Below are positions 36,335 to 45,570 of a DNA stretch of 64,000 nt, piece by piece; position 1 is the stretch's first letter, and the number at the start of each line of letters is the position of its first letter. The position numbers and the translations under genes are program-made. The notes below the pieces were generated by a model. That model saw only the letters and a program-made list of their open reading frames with translations, had not been told where the DNA came from and did not search any database. Source of the stretch: Dehalococcoidia bacterium (lineage in GTDB: Bacteria; Chloroflexota; Dehalococcoidia; SHYD01); contig SHYD01000003.1 of the NCBI GenBank assembly GCA_009692945.1, forward strand, positions 15,459 through 79,458, in the 5' to 3' direction.

Positions 36335-37551
36335 TGATTAGCGACGATGTCCTGGCTCGGGCTTTGGATGAACTCGATCAGGGCCTGAGTCTTGGGGAAG
36401 TCTTGGAGCGGCACCCGGGTGATCGCCAGGAACTGGGCGGTCTGCTGCGGGTGGAACAGCAACTCCAAGCGCTGCCGCGCGACATCTCGCTGCCTCTGAC
36501 GGCGAAGGCCCGCCTGCGGGCGCAGATCCTGGTTGACGGCAGGCATCCTGCAGCCGCTCCCGCCCCCTATTATTTTTCGGAATGGTGGAACCGGTTGTCC
36601 GACGAGGTTAAGGGGTTCTTGGGCGTCGGCCGGTGGGGAGCAGCGCTGTCCCGGCCTGTGGCCGCGGCTCTGTCGGTCTTGTTGGGGCTTGGGGTGCTGG
36701 GCGGCGGGACGGTGTCCGCCGCCATGGAAGCGGTTCCTGGAGACAACCTCTACCAGGTGAAGACTGCGGTCGAGCAGACGCGGTTGGCGCTGGCCGCCAA
36801 CCCTCAGGAAAAGGCGGAAACCCACCTGTGGATTGCCTCCTCCCGTTTCCATGAGTTGTCCAAGCTGGCGGAACACGGCGAGCTGGAACTGATCAAGCAG
36901 GTGGCGTCGGATTACAAACGCAATATTGAGCAGGCACAAAAGCACGTCTCCAACAAGGCACGTAGCGAGGCGGGATTCCAGAAGGACATCGACCTGCTTC
37001 AGACCAACATGCGGGGCGTCTACGAGCGCACGCCGAAGTCGGCCCAGAGTGCGATGGCGCTGAGTGTCACACCCCCGGATGAGCCGAAAACCCTCAACTT
37101 AACAGCGGGGGATCCGTTGCAGCCCACGACCGCTCCACAGAGCAGTGCCGTGATAGCCGGCACTGAGACCATCACCGGGCAGAACGGCCCCAGCATCGCG
37201 TTGCCGCGCGAGAAGGGCGGGCCGGTTTTCGGCATCGATGATTCAGGGAAGGCGGGTCCCCTGACTCCCCCACCCTTCTTCACGGCTCCTGATGAGCAGC
37301 AGCCGTCCAAGGGAACCGTTCCGGCGGAGATGGCCCCCATTCCGAACAAGGAAGGGAGCACGGCCGCTCCGGCTGCGAGTGCTGATCCCGAGCGCAAGGA
37401 ACTGCCCGTTCAGGGTGGTGGGTCAACCCAGATTGCGGTTCCCGATGGCACGCGGAAGCCCGTGGATGGCCCGACCGACTCCGGCATCGGACCCGGCTCA
37501 AAGAGCGGGACGATCCAGGGCCTGGATCCGACGGGACACCGGTTGCCGTAG
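36331..37551 (+). CDS. Putative anti-sigma factor, DUF5667-like, with a Pro-rich C-terminal tail
   Basis: Overlaps the sigma stop (GTGATG). Helical N-terminus, one TM helix (VAAALSVLLGLGVLGGG), an ectodomain PGDNLYQVKTAVEQTRLALA...HLWIASSRFHEL, and a P/G/S-rich tail. Confidence 0.6.
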   Translation: MMISDDVLARALDELDQGLSLGEVLERHPGDRQELGGLLRVEQQLQALPRDISLPLTAKARLRAQILVDGRHPAAAPAPYYFSEWWNRLSDEVKGFLGVGRWGAALSRPVAAALSVLLGLGVLGGGTVSAAMEAVPGDNLYQVKTAVEQTRLALAANPQEKAETHLWIASSRFHELSKLAEHGELELIKQVASDYKRNIEQAQKHVSNKARSEAGFQKDIDLLQTNMRGVYERTPKSAQSAMALSVTPPDEPKTLNLTAGDPLQPTTAPQSSAVIAGTETITGQNGPSIALPREKGGPVFGIDDSGKAGPLTPPPFFTAPDEQQPSKGTVPAEMAPIPNKEGSTAAPAASADPERKELPVQGGGSTQIAVPDGTRKPVDGPTDSGIGPGSKSGTIQGLDPTGHRLP

Positions 37552-37577
37552 CGTCGCAGGAGGCAACGGGAGGAATC

Positions 37578-37604
37578 GAAGGGCGCCCGAATGGGGCGCC
37601 TTTC
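37578..37604. terminator. Bidirectional stem-loop between convergent genes
   Basis: GAAGGGCGCC-cgaatgg-GGCGCCTTTC, a 10-bp stem including GGCGCC/GGCGCC, with T residues on the 3' side. It lies between the anti-sigma stop (37551) and the nfo stop (37620). Confidence 0.55.
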
Positions 37605-37619
37605 TTGGTCCCCCCGGAC

Positions 37620-38474
37620 TCACTCGCTCCTGGCGGCCCGCATGCTCTTGAGCCGGCCCATGTTCTCGAGGTCGGGCCCCTGGCGTTCGACGCCCGGAAC
37701 CTCCAGCAGGAAAGGCACGTCGCGGAACACGGGGTGGCCCACGATATGCCGGAAGCCCTCGTAACCGATGTAACCCTCGCCGATGTTTTCGTGACGGTCC
37801 GCCGCCGCGCCGAGGGGCGTTTTCGAATCGTTCGCGTGGACCGCCACCAGGTTCTCTACGCCGATCTCGCTGCCGAACTCCGCCATGGTGGCCGCAATCC
37901 CCGCTTCGGTGGCCATGTCGTAGCCCGAAGCGAAGGAGTGCTGGGTGTCCAGGCATACCCGCATGCGGGGACTGGCGACAGAGTCCATGATCCGGCGGAT
38001 CTCCCGAAAGTTGCCGCCAACCTGGTTCCCCTGTCCGGCGTTGTTCTCGATGATCAACCAGGCGTCGTTGCCCGCCCGGCGCAGCATCTCGTTGATCGCG
38101 GCGGTTATCTGAGGCAGTACTGCGTCGAACCCCGCGCCCTTATGGCTGCCGACGTGGAAGATGACGCCCTTGGCGCCGATGGCCCCGGCGAGGTCCAGAT
38201 AATAGACCAGCGAATCGATGCCGCGGGCGAGGTTTACCTCGTTCTCGGTGGCGAGGTTGACCAGATAGACGCCGTGGAGGAAAACGGCGTCTGACACGCC
38301 GGCATCGGCCGCTTTCGCGCGGAATGCGCTGATGGTCTCCGGCGGGTGTGGTTTGAGCGCCCAACTCTGGGGTGCTGAACCGAAAATTTGGATCGCTTCA
38401 GCCTGGAGCGCCAGTCCCCGATCGACGGCCTTGTCGAGTCCGCCCGCGGTGGAGACGTGGGCGCCGATGCGCAT
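37620..38474 (-). CDS. nfo: Deoxyribonuclease IV (endonuclease IV)
   Basis: MRIGAHVSTAGGL..., VHANDSKTPLG, and TIM-barrel AP endonuclease family 2 motifs. Confidence 0.9.
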   Translation of the reverse strand: MRIGAHVSTAGGLDKAVDRGLALQAEAIQIFGSAPQSWALKPHPPETISAFRAKAADAGVSDAVFLHGVYLVNLATENEVNLARGIDSLVYYLDLAGAIGAKGVIFHVGSHKGAGFDAVLPQITAAINEMLRRAGNDAWLIIENNAGQGNQVGGNFREIRRIMDSVASPRMRVCLDTQHSFASGYDMATEAGIAATMAEFGSEIGVENLVAVHANDSKTPLGAAADRHENIGEGYIGYEGFRHIVGHPVFRDVPFLLEVPGVERQGPDLENMGRLKSMRAARSE

Positions 38475-38477
38475 GGA

Positions 38478-38777
38478 CTATGCCTCGGGCGCTATCGCGT
38501 GGATTGCCGACTCCGCGTGGAGCGAACAGTCTGTGAGGTCGCCGGCGTCCAGCTTGTGGCGGATGGCGGTCATCGCCGGTTCCATCAATGCCGTGATGAC
38601 CGCCTCTTTGTCCTCGAGCTGGAGGATACGCTTGGGGTTGTAGAACGCCGTGAGGGTAAATGCCAGCATTCCGGTCTGCTCGCTGAACACCTGGAACGTT
38701 TCTTTGGCGTCCCACACCCGGTAGGCGCCATCCCGCAGACGGTTAATGGAGTAGCCCTTATATCGCTCAACGACCAT
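38478..38777 (-). CDS. Hypothetical protein (99 aa)
   Basis: The ORF ends 3 nt before the nfo ATG, so the two are probably co-transcribed. GC is somewhat lower than the surroundings. No motif recognised. Confidence 0.5.
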   Translation of the reverse strand: MVVERYKGYSINRLRDGAYRVWDAKETFQVFSEQTGMLAFTLTAFYNPKRILQLEDKEAVITALMEPAMTAIRHKLDAGDLTDCSLHAESAIHAIAPEA

Positions 38778-38831
38778 TGGTGCTGTCTCGCCCTTTAGGA
38801 ATTGCTTCGAAGCAACTATATACTACCCCGG

Positions 38832-40178
38832 TCAAGTGAAGACCGGCGACGCAAGGGCGCCTGCCGCCCCCTGTTGCCAGGGCTGGGCGCGGGGCAGCAC
38901 CAAGGCAGCGGACCGGACCCGGTAATTCTCGGGCTGAGCGGCGGCTGCCGGTTCCTGGCCCGCCTCCAGGGCATGGGCCAGTCTCAGCAAGAGCCGCCGC
39001 ATTGAGATGATAGCGGCGTCGGAGACGCCGAGGTGCTCCTTGGTACGGTCGTAGATGGGCCCCATGCTCTCCTGAGCCGCCATGTCCTGCTCGCCGATCC
39101 CCCTGATCCCGCTGAAGGATCCTCGATGCTGCTCGACCCGGTCGACGCGGTAGTCGTTGGCGCGGTTGGCCAGAGGCTGGAACGTGATGGGGTCGACGTG
39201 GGCGTGGATTCCCAGGCCCGACCGCATGTCGGCGACCTCCTCCGGCGTCAGCGGCCGCTCCGCCTGCCAGCTGAAGCTCCAGGTCCAGCAGTGAGTGTCG
39301 TCGATGGGGACCCAGGCGTGGCCGCCCAACGGCAGGCCGGGGTCGGCGGGAAAGATGGTGTACCAAGGGAGCAGAAACTGGCTGATGCGCCAGTAGAAGT
39401 GCTCGTCGTCCGCGACCCGGCGTGCGGCGATCTGCACCCCGGAACCGGTCTCCAGCGTCTCGAAGCGCGGGTGCCGGTCACGGGTCATGTAAGGCGGGAA
39501 GCGGATGCCGCCGGCCTCCACCGGCTTCTGGGAGGCCTCTTTCTTGCTGTGGAGGAACGACAGATGGCTGGGATCGATGCCGCCTTCCATGGCTTGAAGG
39601 TAGTTGCAGTCCTGCAGCCGTTTGCTCACCACGATGTGGGATGGCGGCAGCGCTGCCCATTCAAGCTGCGGGAGTTCGGCCTGGAGGTCCGGGGGCCCCA
39701 GGTAGACCCAGATGATGCCCGCCTGCTCCCGGCACTGGTAGGCGGTGTGGTGGACCTTGTCCCTGAAGCTTGTCCTGAGCTCAGCCGAAGGGCTTGTCCT
39801 GAGGTTCCCCTGAGCCGCGCCGAAGTGCCCCGTCGAAGGATTGCTCTCGGGCGGTTCATTCGGCATGTCGATGCAACGGCCGGTCGCATCGAACTTCCAG
39901 CCGTGGTAGACGCAGCGCAGCCCCTCTTCTTCGTTGCGGCCGAAGAAGAGCGACGCGCCGCGGTGCGGGCAGTGGGCTGCCAGCACCGCGGGGCGTCCCG
40001 AGGTGGTGCGGAACGCCACCAGGTCTTCGCTCATGACCCGGAGCTGCACCGGCGGACAATCGGGGCCGGGGAGCTCCGAGGACAGCAGCACCGGCGCCCA
40101 GAAGCGTCGCAGCAGGTTTCCCATCGGCGTGCCGGGGCCGGTGCGGGTGATGTAGGTGTTGTCGTGGGCTGGGAGCAT
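38832..40178 (-). CDS. Rieske [2Fe-2S] aromatic-ring-hydroxylating oxygenase, alpha-subunit-like
   Basis: Rieske motif CPHRGASL...CVYHGWKF and the catalytic domain. Carries an apparent 24-aa in-frame insert (see findings). Confidence 0.85.
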   Translation of the reverse strand: MLPAHDNTYITRTGPGTPMGNLLRRFWAPVLLSSELPGPDCPPVQLRVMSEDLVAFRTTSGRPAVLAAHCPHRGASLFFGRNEEEGLRCVYHGWKFDATGRCIDMPNEPPESNPSTGHFGAAQGNLRTSPSAELRTSFRDKVHHTAYQCREQAGIIWVYLGPPDLQAELPQLEWAALPPSHIVVSKRLQDCNYLQAMEGGIDPSHLSFLHSKKEASQKPVEAGGIRFPPYMTRDRHPRFETLETGSGVQIAARRVADDEHFYWRISQFLLPWYTIFPADPGLPLGGHAWVPIDDTHCWTWSFSWQAERPLTPEEVADMRSGLGIHAHVDPITFQPLANRANDYRVDRVEQHRGSFSGIRGIGEQDMAAQESMGPIYDRTKEHLGVSDAAIISMRRLLLRLAHALEAGQEPAAAAQPENYRVRSAALVLPRAQPWQQGAAGALASPVFT

Positions 40179-40259
40179 GTGATGGCCCGAGGCTCAGGTA
40201 GCGCTATTGTAGGCAGCGGTGGCGGCCTGCGTCCAGCGGTGAGGGCGACGGTTTCGGTT

Positions 40260-40418
40260 CAGTGTCAGGGTTCGGGGCATATGAGCCACTCCCCCCGCCC
40301 AGGAAAAAAGGAAGAGAATTTCATGTGGGGGGCGCCCCCACTCCCCCGGCAGAGGGCTGCCGCCCTCGTGTACTCCCACTCCTGAGCCCCGCCCCCCTCA
40401 ACAGTGAATTCTGGCGGG
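40260..40418 (+). repeat. Interspersed ~160-bp repeat, full-length copy
   Basis: CAGTGTCAGGG...ATGAGCCACTCCCCCC...GGCAGAGGGCTGCCGCCCTCGTGTACTCCCACTCCTGAGCC...CTCAACAGTGAATTCTGGCGGG. Lies in a divergent intergenic region. Confidence 0.85.
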
Positions 40419-40473
40419 CGACGGCCCGCCGCGTCGCCCGTCTCCCCGCTGCTAGAATGGCCCTTAGGCCCGT

Positions 40474-42660
40474 ATGACCAACCGCACCCCCACCCTCGCG
40501 GTGGAACTCCCTCAGGTTCGTGAATTGTTGCAGCGGTACATCCGCGCGCTCTCGGGCCGTGATGTCCTGGCGCTTGCCGCGGCGGACGCGCCCTACGACC
40601 CGCAGTCCTGCCTCGCAGTGATGGTGGAGGAGACCGCCGAGTTGGTGCTGCGGTTTCCTGAATCGGCGCCCTTCGCCAGGTTCAAACGGCTGGCGGCCCA
40701 CCAGGCGGGACACCTCGAATCCGGCAGCAGAGACCTTGACCTGGGCCGCACCTCGGCCCTTTTTGCAAACCTGAGGCCCCGTCTCTTGCCTACAATGCGA
40801 GACACCGGTTCCCCGCTGGCGGCCCTGGTGGGCGCGTTTCCCGATGCCCCCCTGGCAGCCCGGTTGTTCGACCTCTTGGAGGACTTCCGGGTCGATGCCG
40901 CGCTGCTGCGGCGCTACCGCGGGCTGCGGCCGGACTTTAGAGGCCGGGAACGGGCGATTGCTGCCGCTGACACGGCCGATCTGGGGCTGCTTCCCCTACG
41001 CCGCCTGGTCCTGGGAGCAATGAGGCGGTACGTCGATGGCGAAAGGCTCCGGTTGGCCGTTCCAGAGCGGTTCTCCGACGCTGTCGCGTTGGTCGCCGGT
41101 CTGTTCAACTTATTGGCGGACCCAGCAGCGCGGGTGGAGGACACTGCCGAGGCGCTGTTACGAGCTTATTGCCTGCTGCGGAGCATCCCCAACGCGCCGC
41201 CGCCGGCCTATCGGGACCTCGACCAATCAATCGTGGACCTCGCCTCCGCTTCTTGCGACCCGTCCCCCGACACTGCCGACGGCTGGGTTGCATTGTGGGA
41301 CTCGCTTCACCCAACGATGGGCGACTTCACCTTCGACGGAGGCGGCGACGATTCGGTCGGTGTCTGGGTTGATCCCCGTGACGATGGTGATCTCGGCCAA
41401 GAAACGACGCCCTCCCCTCCCGAACCCGTTAGTACGGCCACGGGCGTCGAAGCTACCGCGGCAGCGGCGGGGCCGGTGGTGGCGGGAGATGGCGATGTTG
41501 GCACCGGCCTTCAACTCGACGAGGCCCGAGCTTCGATCGAGGGGGAGGGCGAGGGCTCGGACGCGGATGCCCCTTCGCAGCCGGAAGCGATCGCGGCCCG
41601 CGCGCAGGAGGATCCGGTGCCGGGCGGGGCGATGGACCGGCTGATGTGCGAGGGCGACGCCGTTCCCTTCGTGTATCCCGAGTGGGACGAGCGGGCGGGC
41701 CGCTACCGCGAGGGTTGGTGCACCCTCTGGGAGCGCCGCCTCAAGGGGGGCAGTGCCGACTACTACCACGGCGCCCTGCGGACCCACCGCTATCTGGTGC
41801 GGCAGGTGGAGCGCCGCTTCGAACTGTTGCGGCCGGACCTGCTGCGGTGGCGCCGGGGCCTAGTGGACGGCGATGAGTTGGATCTCGATCGGGTCATCGA
41901 CGCCAGCGTCGAGTTGCGCGCGACGGGGCACATCCAGGACCGGGTGTATCAGCGCCGCGACCGGACCGATCGCAGTGTCAGCCTGCTTTTCCTGCTTGAT
42001 ATGAGCCTCTCCACCAGTGAAGGGGTGCTCCGGTTGGACCCGAATAAGGACGATATGGGCTGGTCGGGGTTCGGACGTCCCGAGTACAAACGGATTATCG
42101 ATATCGAAAAGGAGAGCCTGGTGGTGCTCACCAGGGCGCTGGAACAGGTGGGGGACCGGTATGGCGTTTACGGCTTTTCGGGGAGCGGGCGGCACGGGAC
42201 CCGTTTCTATGTCATCAAGGACTTTGCCGAAGCGCTCACCGCAGCGCCGCTGGCCCGGTTTGAAACGATAGCGCCGGTCCAATCGACCAGGATGGGGCCG
42301 GCCATTCGCCACGCCGTCAAAATCCTGGGCCGTGAACCGTCTCGGACCAGGGTACTGGTCATCATCGGCGACGGGCAGCCCCAGGATGTCGGATACGGGT
42401 CAGACGAGGGGTTGGGGCCGGTGAGCGGCTTGAGCCCATCCGAGCAACGGCAGTTGGAGAAGGACTATGCGCTGGCCGATACCCATAAAGCGCTCGCCGA
42501 AGCGCGAACCGCTGGGTTGACGCCATTCATCCTCTCCATCGACCGGCATGGCCAGGACTACCTGCGGGCCATCTGCGGCGAGGTGGGGTACGAGGTGGTG
42601 CAGGATGTAGCGTCGTTGCCAAGGCGGTTGGTAACGCTCTACCACCTGCTGGCGACGTAG
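40474..42660 (+). CDS. NorD/CbbO-like VWA domain protein
   Basis: 728 aa with a C-terminal VWA domain: MIDAS LFLLDMSLSTSE and VLVIIGDGQPQDVGY. The acidic low-complexity linker and N-terminal helical region resemble NorD/CbbO. Confidence 0.7.
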   Translation: MTNRTPTLAVELPQVRELLQRYIRALSGRDVLALAAADAPYDPQSCLAVMVEETAELVLRFPESAPFARFKRLAAHQAGHLESGSRDLDLGRTSALFANLRPRLLPTMRDTGSPLAALVGAFPDAPLAARLFDLLEDFRVDAALLRRYRGLRPDFRGRERAIAAADTADLGLLPLRRLVLGAMRRYVDGERLRLAVPERFSDAVALVAGLFNLLADPAARVEDTAEALLRAYCLLRSIPNAPPPAYRDLDQSIVDLASASCDPSPDTADGWVALWDSLHPTMGDFTFDGGGDDSVGVWVDPRDDGDLGQETTPSPPEPVSTATGVEATAAAAGPVVAGDGDVGTGLQLDEARASIEGEGEGSDADAPSQPEAIAARAQEDPVPGGAMDRLMCEGDAVPFVYPEWDERAGRYREGWCTLWERRLKGGSADYYHGALRTHRYLVRQVERRFELLRPDLLRWRRGLVDGDELDLDRVIDASVELRATGHIQDRVYQRRDRTDRSVSLLFLLDMSLSTSEGVLRLDPNKDDMGWSGFGRPEYKRIIDIEKESLVVLTRALEQVGDRYGVYGFSGSGRHGTRFYVIKDFAEALTAAPLARFETIAPVQSTRMGPAIRHAVKILGREPSRTRVLVIIGDGQPQDVGYGSDEGLGPVSGLSPSEQRQLEKDYALADTHKALAEARTAGLTPFILSIDRHGQDYLRAICGEVGYEVVQDVASLPRRLVTLYHLLAT

Positions 42661-42681
42661 CAGGCATCGCCGACCGGCACG

Positions 42682-43977
42682 TTACCCCGCGGCGCCCGGT
42701 CCCCTGAGCGGCGTTGCCGCCGGGATGGCCACCTTCATCGGGCTGACCCGCAGGCAGAAGCCCACCGCAATGAGGGCAATGAACCCCCCCGCCATGAAGG
42801 CGGGGGCGTAGTCGCCCGCTTCCACCCGGACCACGCCCGCCGCCCACGCCATGGCGGCTGCGCCGATCTGGTGGGTAAGGAACACCCACCCGGTGACCGT
42901 ACCCATCGACTGGCGGCCGAAGCGTTCAGCGATGAGCCCCATCAAGGGTGGGGCGGTGGCCAGCCAGTCGATCCCATAGAGCACGGCGAAGACCGCCAGC
43001 CCGTTAACGTCGCTGACGAAAGGGAGCACGAAGAGGGACAACGCTCGGAAGCCGAACACGGCAGCCAGCAGCACTCGTTTGTCCATTCGATCAGATAGCC
43101 AGCCGGCGCCGGCGGTGCCGAAGAAGTTCATCACTCCCATAATGCTGATGGCCGCGGTGGCCCCCATGGCCGATATGTTGTGGTCGATGGCGTGGGGAAT
43201 GAGGTGGGTGCCGATGAGGCCGCCCGAGGTGCCGCCGCAGACACTGAACGCCAGGGCCAGCAGCCAGAAATCGGGGCTGCGGACCACCTGCGACATCGGG
43301 GTCGCAAAGTTTTCCCGGCGGTCGCGCGCCCCTGCGGTTCCCCCAACTTCCTGTCCCAAGGGATTCCCATCGAGCCCGACGCCCACATCTTTCGGATCGT
43401 TGCGCATGAAAAGAAAGACCAAGGGCAGGACCACCGCCAGGAGGACGGCGCTCAATACCAGCACCGAGTCGCGCCAGGCGCCCACCAGAATCACCCACAT
43501 CAGGAGCGGCATGAATATCATCTGGCCGGCCGAGTAACCGGCGGTGAGCAGCCCGATGACCAACCCCCGTTTTGCGGAGAACCAACGTGCAGCGATGGTC
43601 GCCGAAAGCACGCCCGCGGCGCCGCCCATCCCGGCCCCCAGCACCACACCCCAGAGCAGGTAAAGGTGCCACACCGCGCTCATGAACAGCATGGCGGTCG
43701 TCCCGATGCCCACCAGGACCAAGCTTCCCAGCATGACCGCGCGCACCCCGCGCTGGTCCATGAGTTTGCCTACCAGCGGTCCCACTAATCCGAACATCAG
43801 CAGGTTCACCGACGCGGCCAGCGCGATGGACGCCCGGTCCCATTGGAACTCCTGTTCCAATGGGACCATCAGAATCGGGAAGGCCGCACGCGCTCCGGAC
43901 GACACTACAATGGCCAGGAACGCGACAACAACGATGACCCAGCCGTAGTAGATCCGCAGCGGTCCGAGGGTGATCAC
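42682..43977 (-). CDS. MFS transporter
   Basis: GTG start after GAAAGAGG. Twelve hydrophobic helices and the loop motif GPLVGKLMDQRGVR. Confidence 0.85.
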   Translation of the reverse strand: MITLGPLRIYYGWVIVVVAFLAIVVSSGARAAFPILMVPLEQEFQWDRASIALAASVNLLMFGLVGPLVGKLMDQRGVRAVMLGSLVLVGIGTTAMLFMSAVWHLYLLWGVVLGAGMGGAAGVLSATIAARWFSAKRGLVIGLLTAGYSAGQMIFMPLLMWVILVGAWRDSVLVLSAVLLAVVLPLVFLFMRNDPKDVGVGLDGNPLGQEVGGTAGARDRRENFATPMSQVVRSPDFWLLALAFSVCGGTSGGLIGTHLIPHAIDHNISAMGATAAISIMGVMNFFGTAGAGWLSDRMDKRVLLAAVFGFRALSLFVLPFVSDVNGLAVFAVLYGIDWLATAPPLMGLIAERFGRQSMGTVTGWVFLTHQIGAAAMAWAAGVVRVEAGDYAPAFMAGGFIALIAVGFCLRVSPMKVAIPAATPLRGPGAAG

Positions 43978-44018
43978 GGGGGCCTCTTTCGGGGTAGGCA
44001 GCTCGTCCGGCTGCTGTC

Positions 44019-44041
44019 GGTGCTATCGGTTTGATAGCACC
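44019..44041. promoter_or_regulatory. Perfect 9-bp dyad GGTGCTATC-N5-GATAGCACC (candidate operator)
   Basis: Seen directly. Lies 42-64 nt upstream of the MFS start in the divergent MFS/LLM intergenic region. Confidence 0.35.
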
Positions 44042-44070
44042 AGAGTACGGACCGCGCTCAAGACCGTCAA

Positions 44071-44162
44071 GAAAAAGAGGAGCATTCTCGGTGAGGGGCA
44101 CCCCCATTCCCCCGGCAGAGGGCTGCCGCCCTCGTGCACTCCCACTCCTGAGCCCGGCCGCC
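44071..44162 (+). repeat. Interspersed repeat, core-only copy truncated at both ends
   Basis: 91/92 identical to the reverse complement of the core of the 45571-45729 copy. Confidence 0.85.
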
Positions 44163-44334
44163 GAATCGGGGGCTCGCTGAGACAACATTTCACTCCCGAA
44201 GGGGTACAATGATGCCCGCGGGCCGGGTTAAGTTTGGTCTCTGCGTCCATTCAAATCAGGATCCCGATCCCTCTGAATCGGCGGTAATCTGTGAAATCTG
44301 TGGATCAACTCCGGTTTTCTCCGCGGAGGCGACG

Positions 44335-45498
44335 ATGCAGCAGTCGAGAATGAAGTTCGGCATCTTCCTGGCGCCCTTCCATCCATTGGGGGAAAATCCC
44401 ACGCTGGCCATCCATCGCGACCTTGAGTTGATCGAGCGGCTCGACGAACTGGGTTACGACGAGGCGTGGGTGGGCGAACACCACAGCGCAGGTTGGGAGA
44501 CTATCGCCTCCCCCGAGGTGTTCATTGCTGCGGCGTCGCAACGGACCCGGCACATCAAGCTGGGGACCGGCGTCGTCTCGCTGCCCTACCATCACCCATT
44601 GCTGGTCGCAGACCGGATGGTGCTGCTGGACCACCTTACCCGGGGCCGGGTGTTGTTCGGCGTTGGACCGGGCGCGCTGGTTTCCGACGCGATCATGATG
44701 GGGATCGACCCGCCCACCCAGCGGCCTCGCATGGAGGAGGCGATGGGCGTCATCTTGCGGCTGTTCACCGAACTCGACCCCGTCGACTATGAGTGCGAGT
44801 GGTTCACCCTGCGCGGCGCGCGTCTCCAGCTCCGGCCGTACACCCAGCCCCACATGCCCATCGCGGTGGCAGCGGTGCAGTCGCCTTCGGGCATGGTGAC
44901 GGCGGGTAAGTTCGGTGCGGGGGTGCTCACCTTCAGCGTCGCCAGGGGCGACGATGCCCCAAGCCTGCAGGAGTTCTGGGGCATCGCCGAGAAAACGGCG
45001 GCGGAACACGGGAAGACGATGGACCGGCGGGAGTGGCGGATCGTGCTGCCGTTGCACCTCGCGGAAACCCGCGCCGAGGCGATGGCCCAGATCCGGGAGC
45101 GGGCCGGCCGTTACCAGGCCGAGTACCGCCGCTCCACGCTGAGCCTCGAGTTGGACGTTGACGCGCCGCCGGAGCGGCTCGCCGAGGAGATGGTGGCGCG
45201 CGACGCCTGGTGCGTAGGCACGCCCGACGACCTGGTGGCCAAGATCCGTGCCTTCCAGGAAAGCAGCGGCGGCTTCGGCGGGCTGATGGTCCAGGCCATC
45301 GATTGGGCGGACCGCGAACACCTGCTGCACAGCTATGAACTGCTGGCCCGTTATGTGATGCCCCATTTCCAGGGAAGTCTCGATGGCTTGGTGGCGTCGC
45401 AGGCGACGGTGGCCGATCAATCCCGCCGGCTCAACGAACTGCGCCTCGCCTCGTTGGCCCGTGCGAGGTCGGATTACGAGCAGCGCCAGCGCGGCTGA
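44335..45498 (+). CDS. LLM-class flavin-dependent oxidoreductase (luciferase-like monooxygenase)
   Basis: ORF 44209..45498 trimmed to the ATG at 44335 after GGAGG. Begins MKFGIFLAPFHPLGENPTLAIHRDLELIERLDELGYDEAWVGEHHS. Confidence 0.85.
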   Translation: MQQSRMKFGIFLAPFHPLGENPTLAIHRDLELIERLDELGYDEAWVGEHHSAGWETIASPEVFIAAASQRTRHIKLGTGVVSLPYHHPLLVADRMVLLDHLTRGRVLFGVGPGALVSDAIMMGIDPPTQRPRMEEAMGVILRLFTELDPVDYECEWFTLRGARLQLRPYTQPHMPIAVAAVQSPSGMVTAGKFGAGVLTFSVARGDDAPSLQEFWGIAEKTAAEHGKTMDRREWRIVLPLHLAETRAEAMAQIRERAGRYQAEYRRSTLSLELDVDAPPERLAEEMVARDAWCVGTPDDLVAKIRAFQESSGGFGGLMVQAIDWADREHLLHSYELLARYVMPHFQGSLDGLVASQATVADQSRRLNELRLASLARARSDYEQRQRG

Positions 45499-45570
45499 CG
45501 CCTCTAAACTGCACAGAGGAAGAGTTAGAGACCGTGATCGCAGGTGTGCAACAGGGCGGCAGTCTTGGCT

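Noticed and set aside
39033-40385. 450-aa plus-strand ORF opposite the Rieske oxygenase, running into a repeat copy
   Set aside because: It is antisense to a gene with clear Rieske motifs, and its C-terminus is simply the translated repeat (MSHSPRPGKKEENFMWGAPPLPRQRAAALVYSHS).
43091-44209. 372-aa minus-strand ORF overlapping the MFS gene and the repeat at 44071
   Set aside because: It is an alternative frame of the MFS gene with Arg/Gly/Pro-rich composition. The MFS frame has 12 clean hydrophobic helices.
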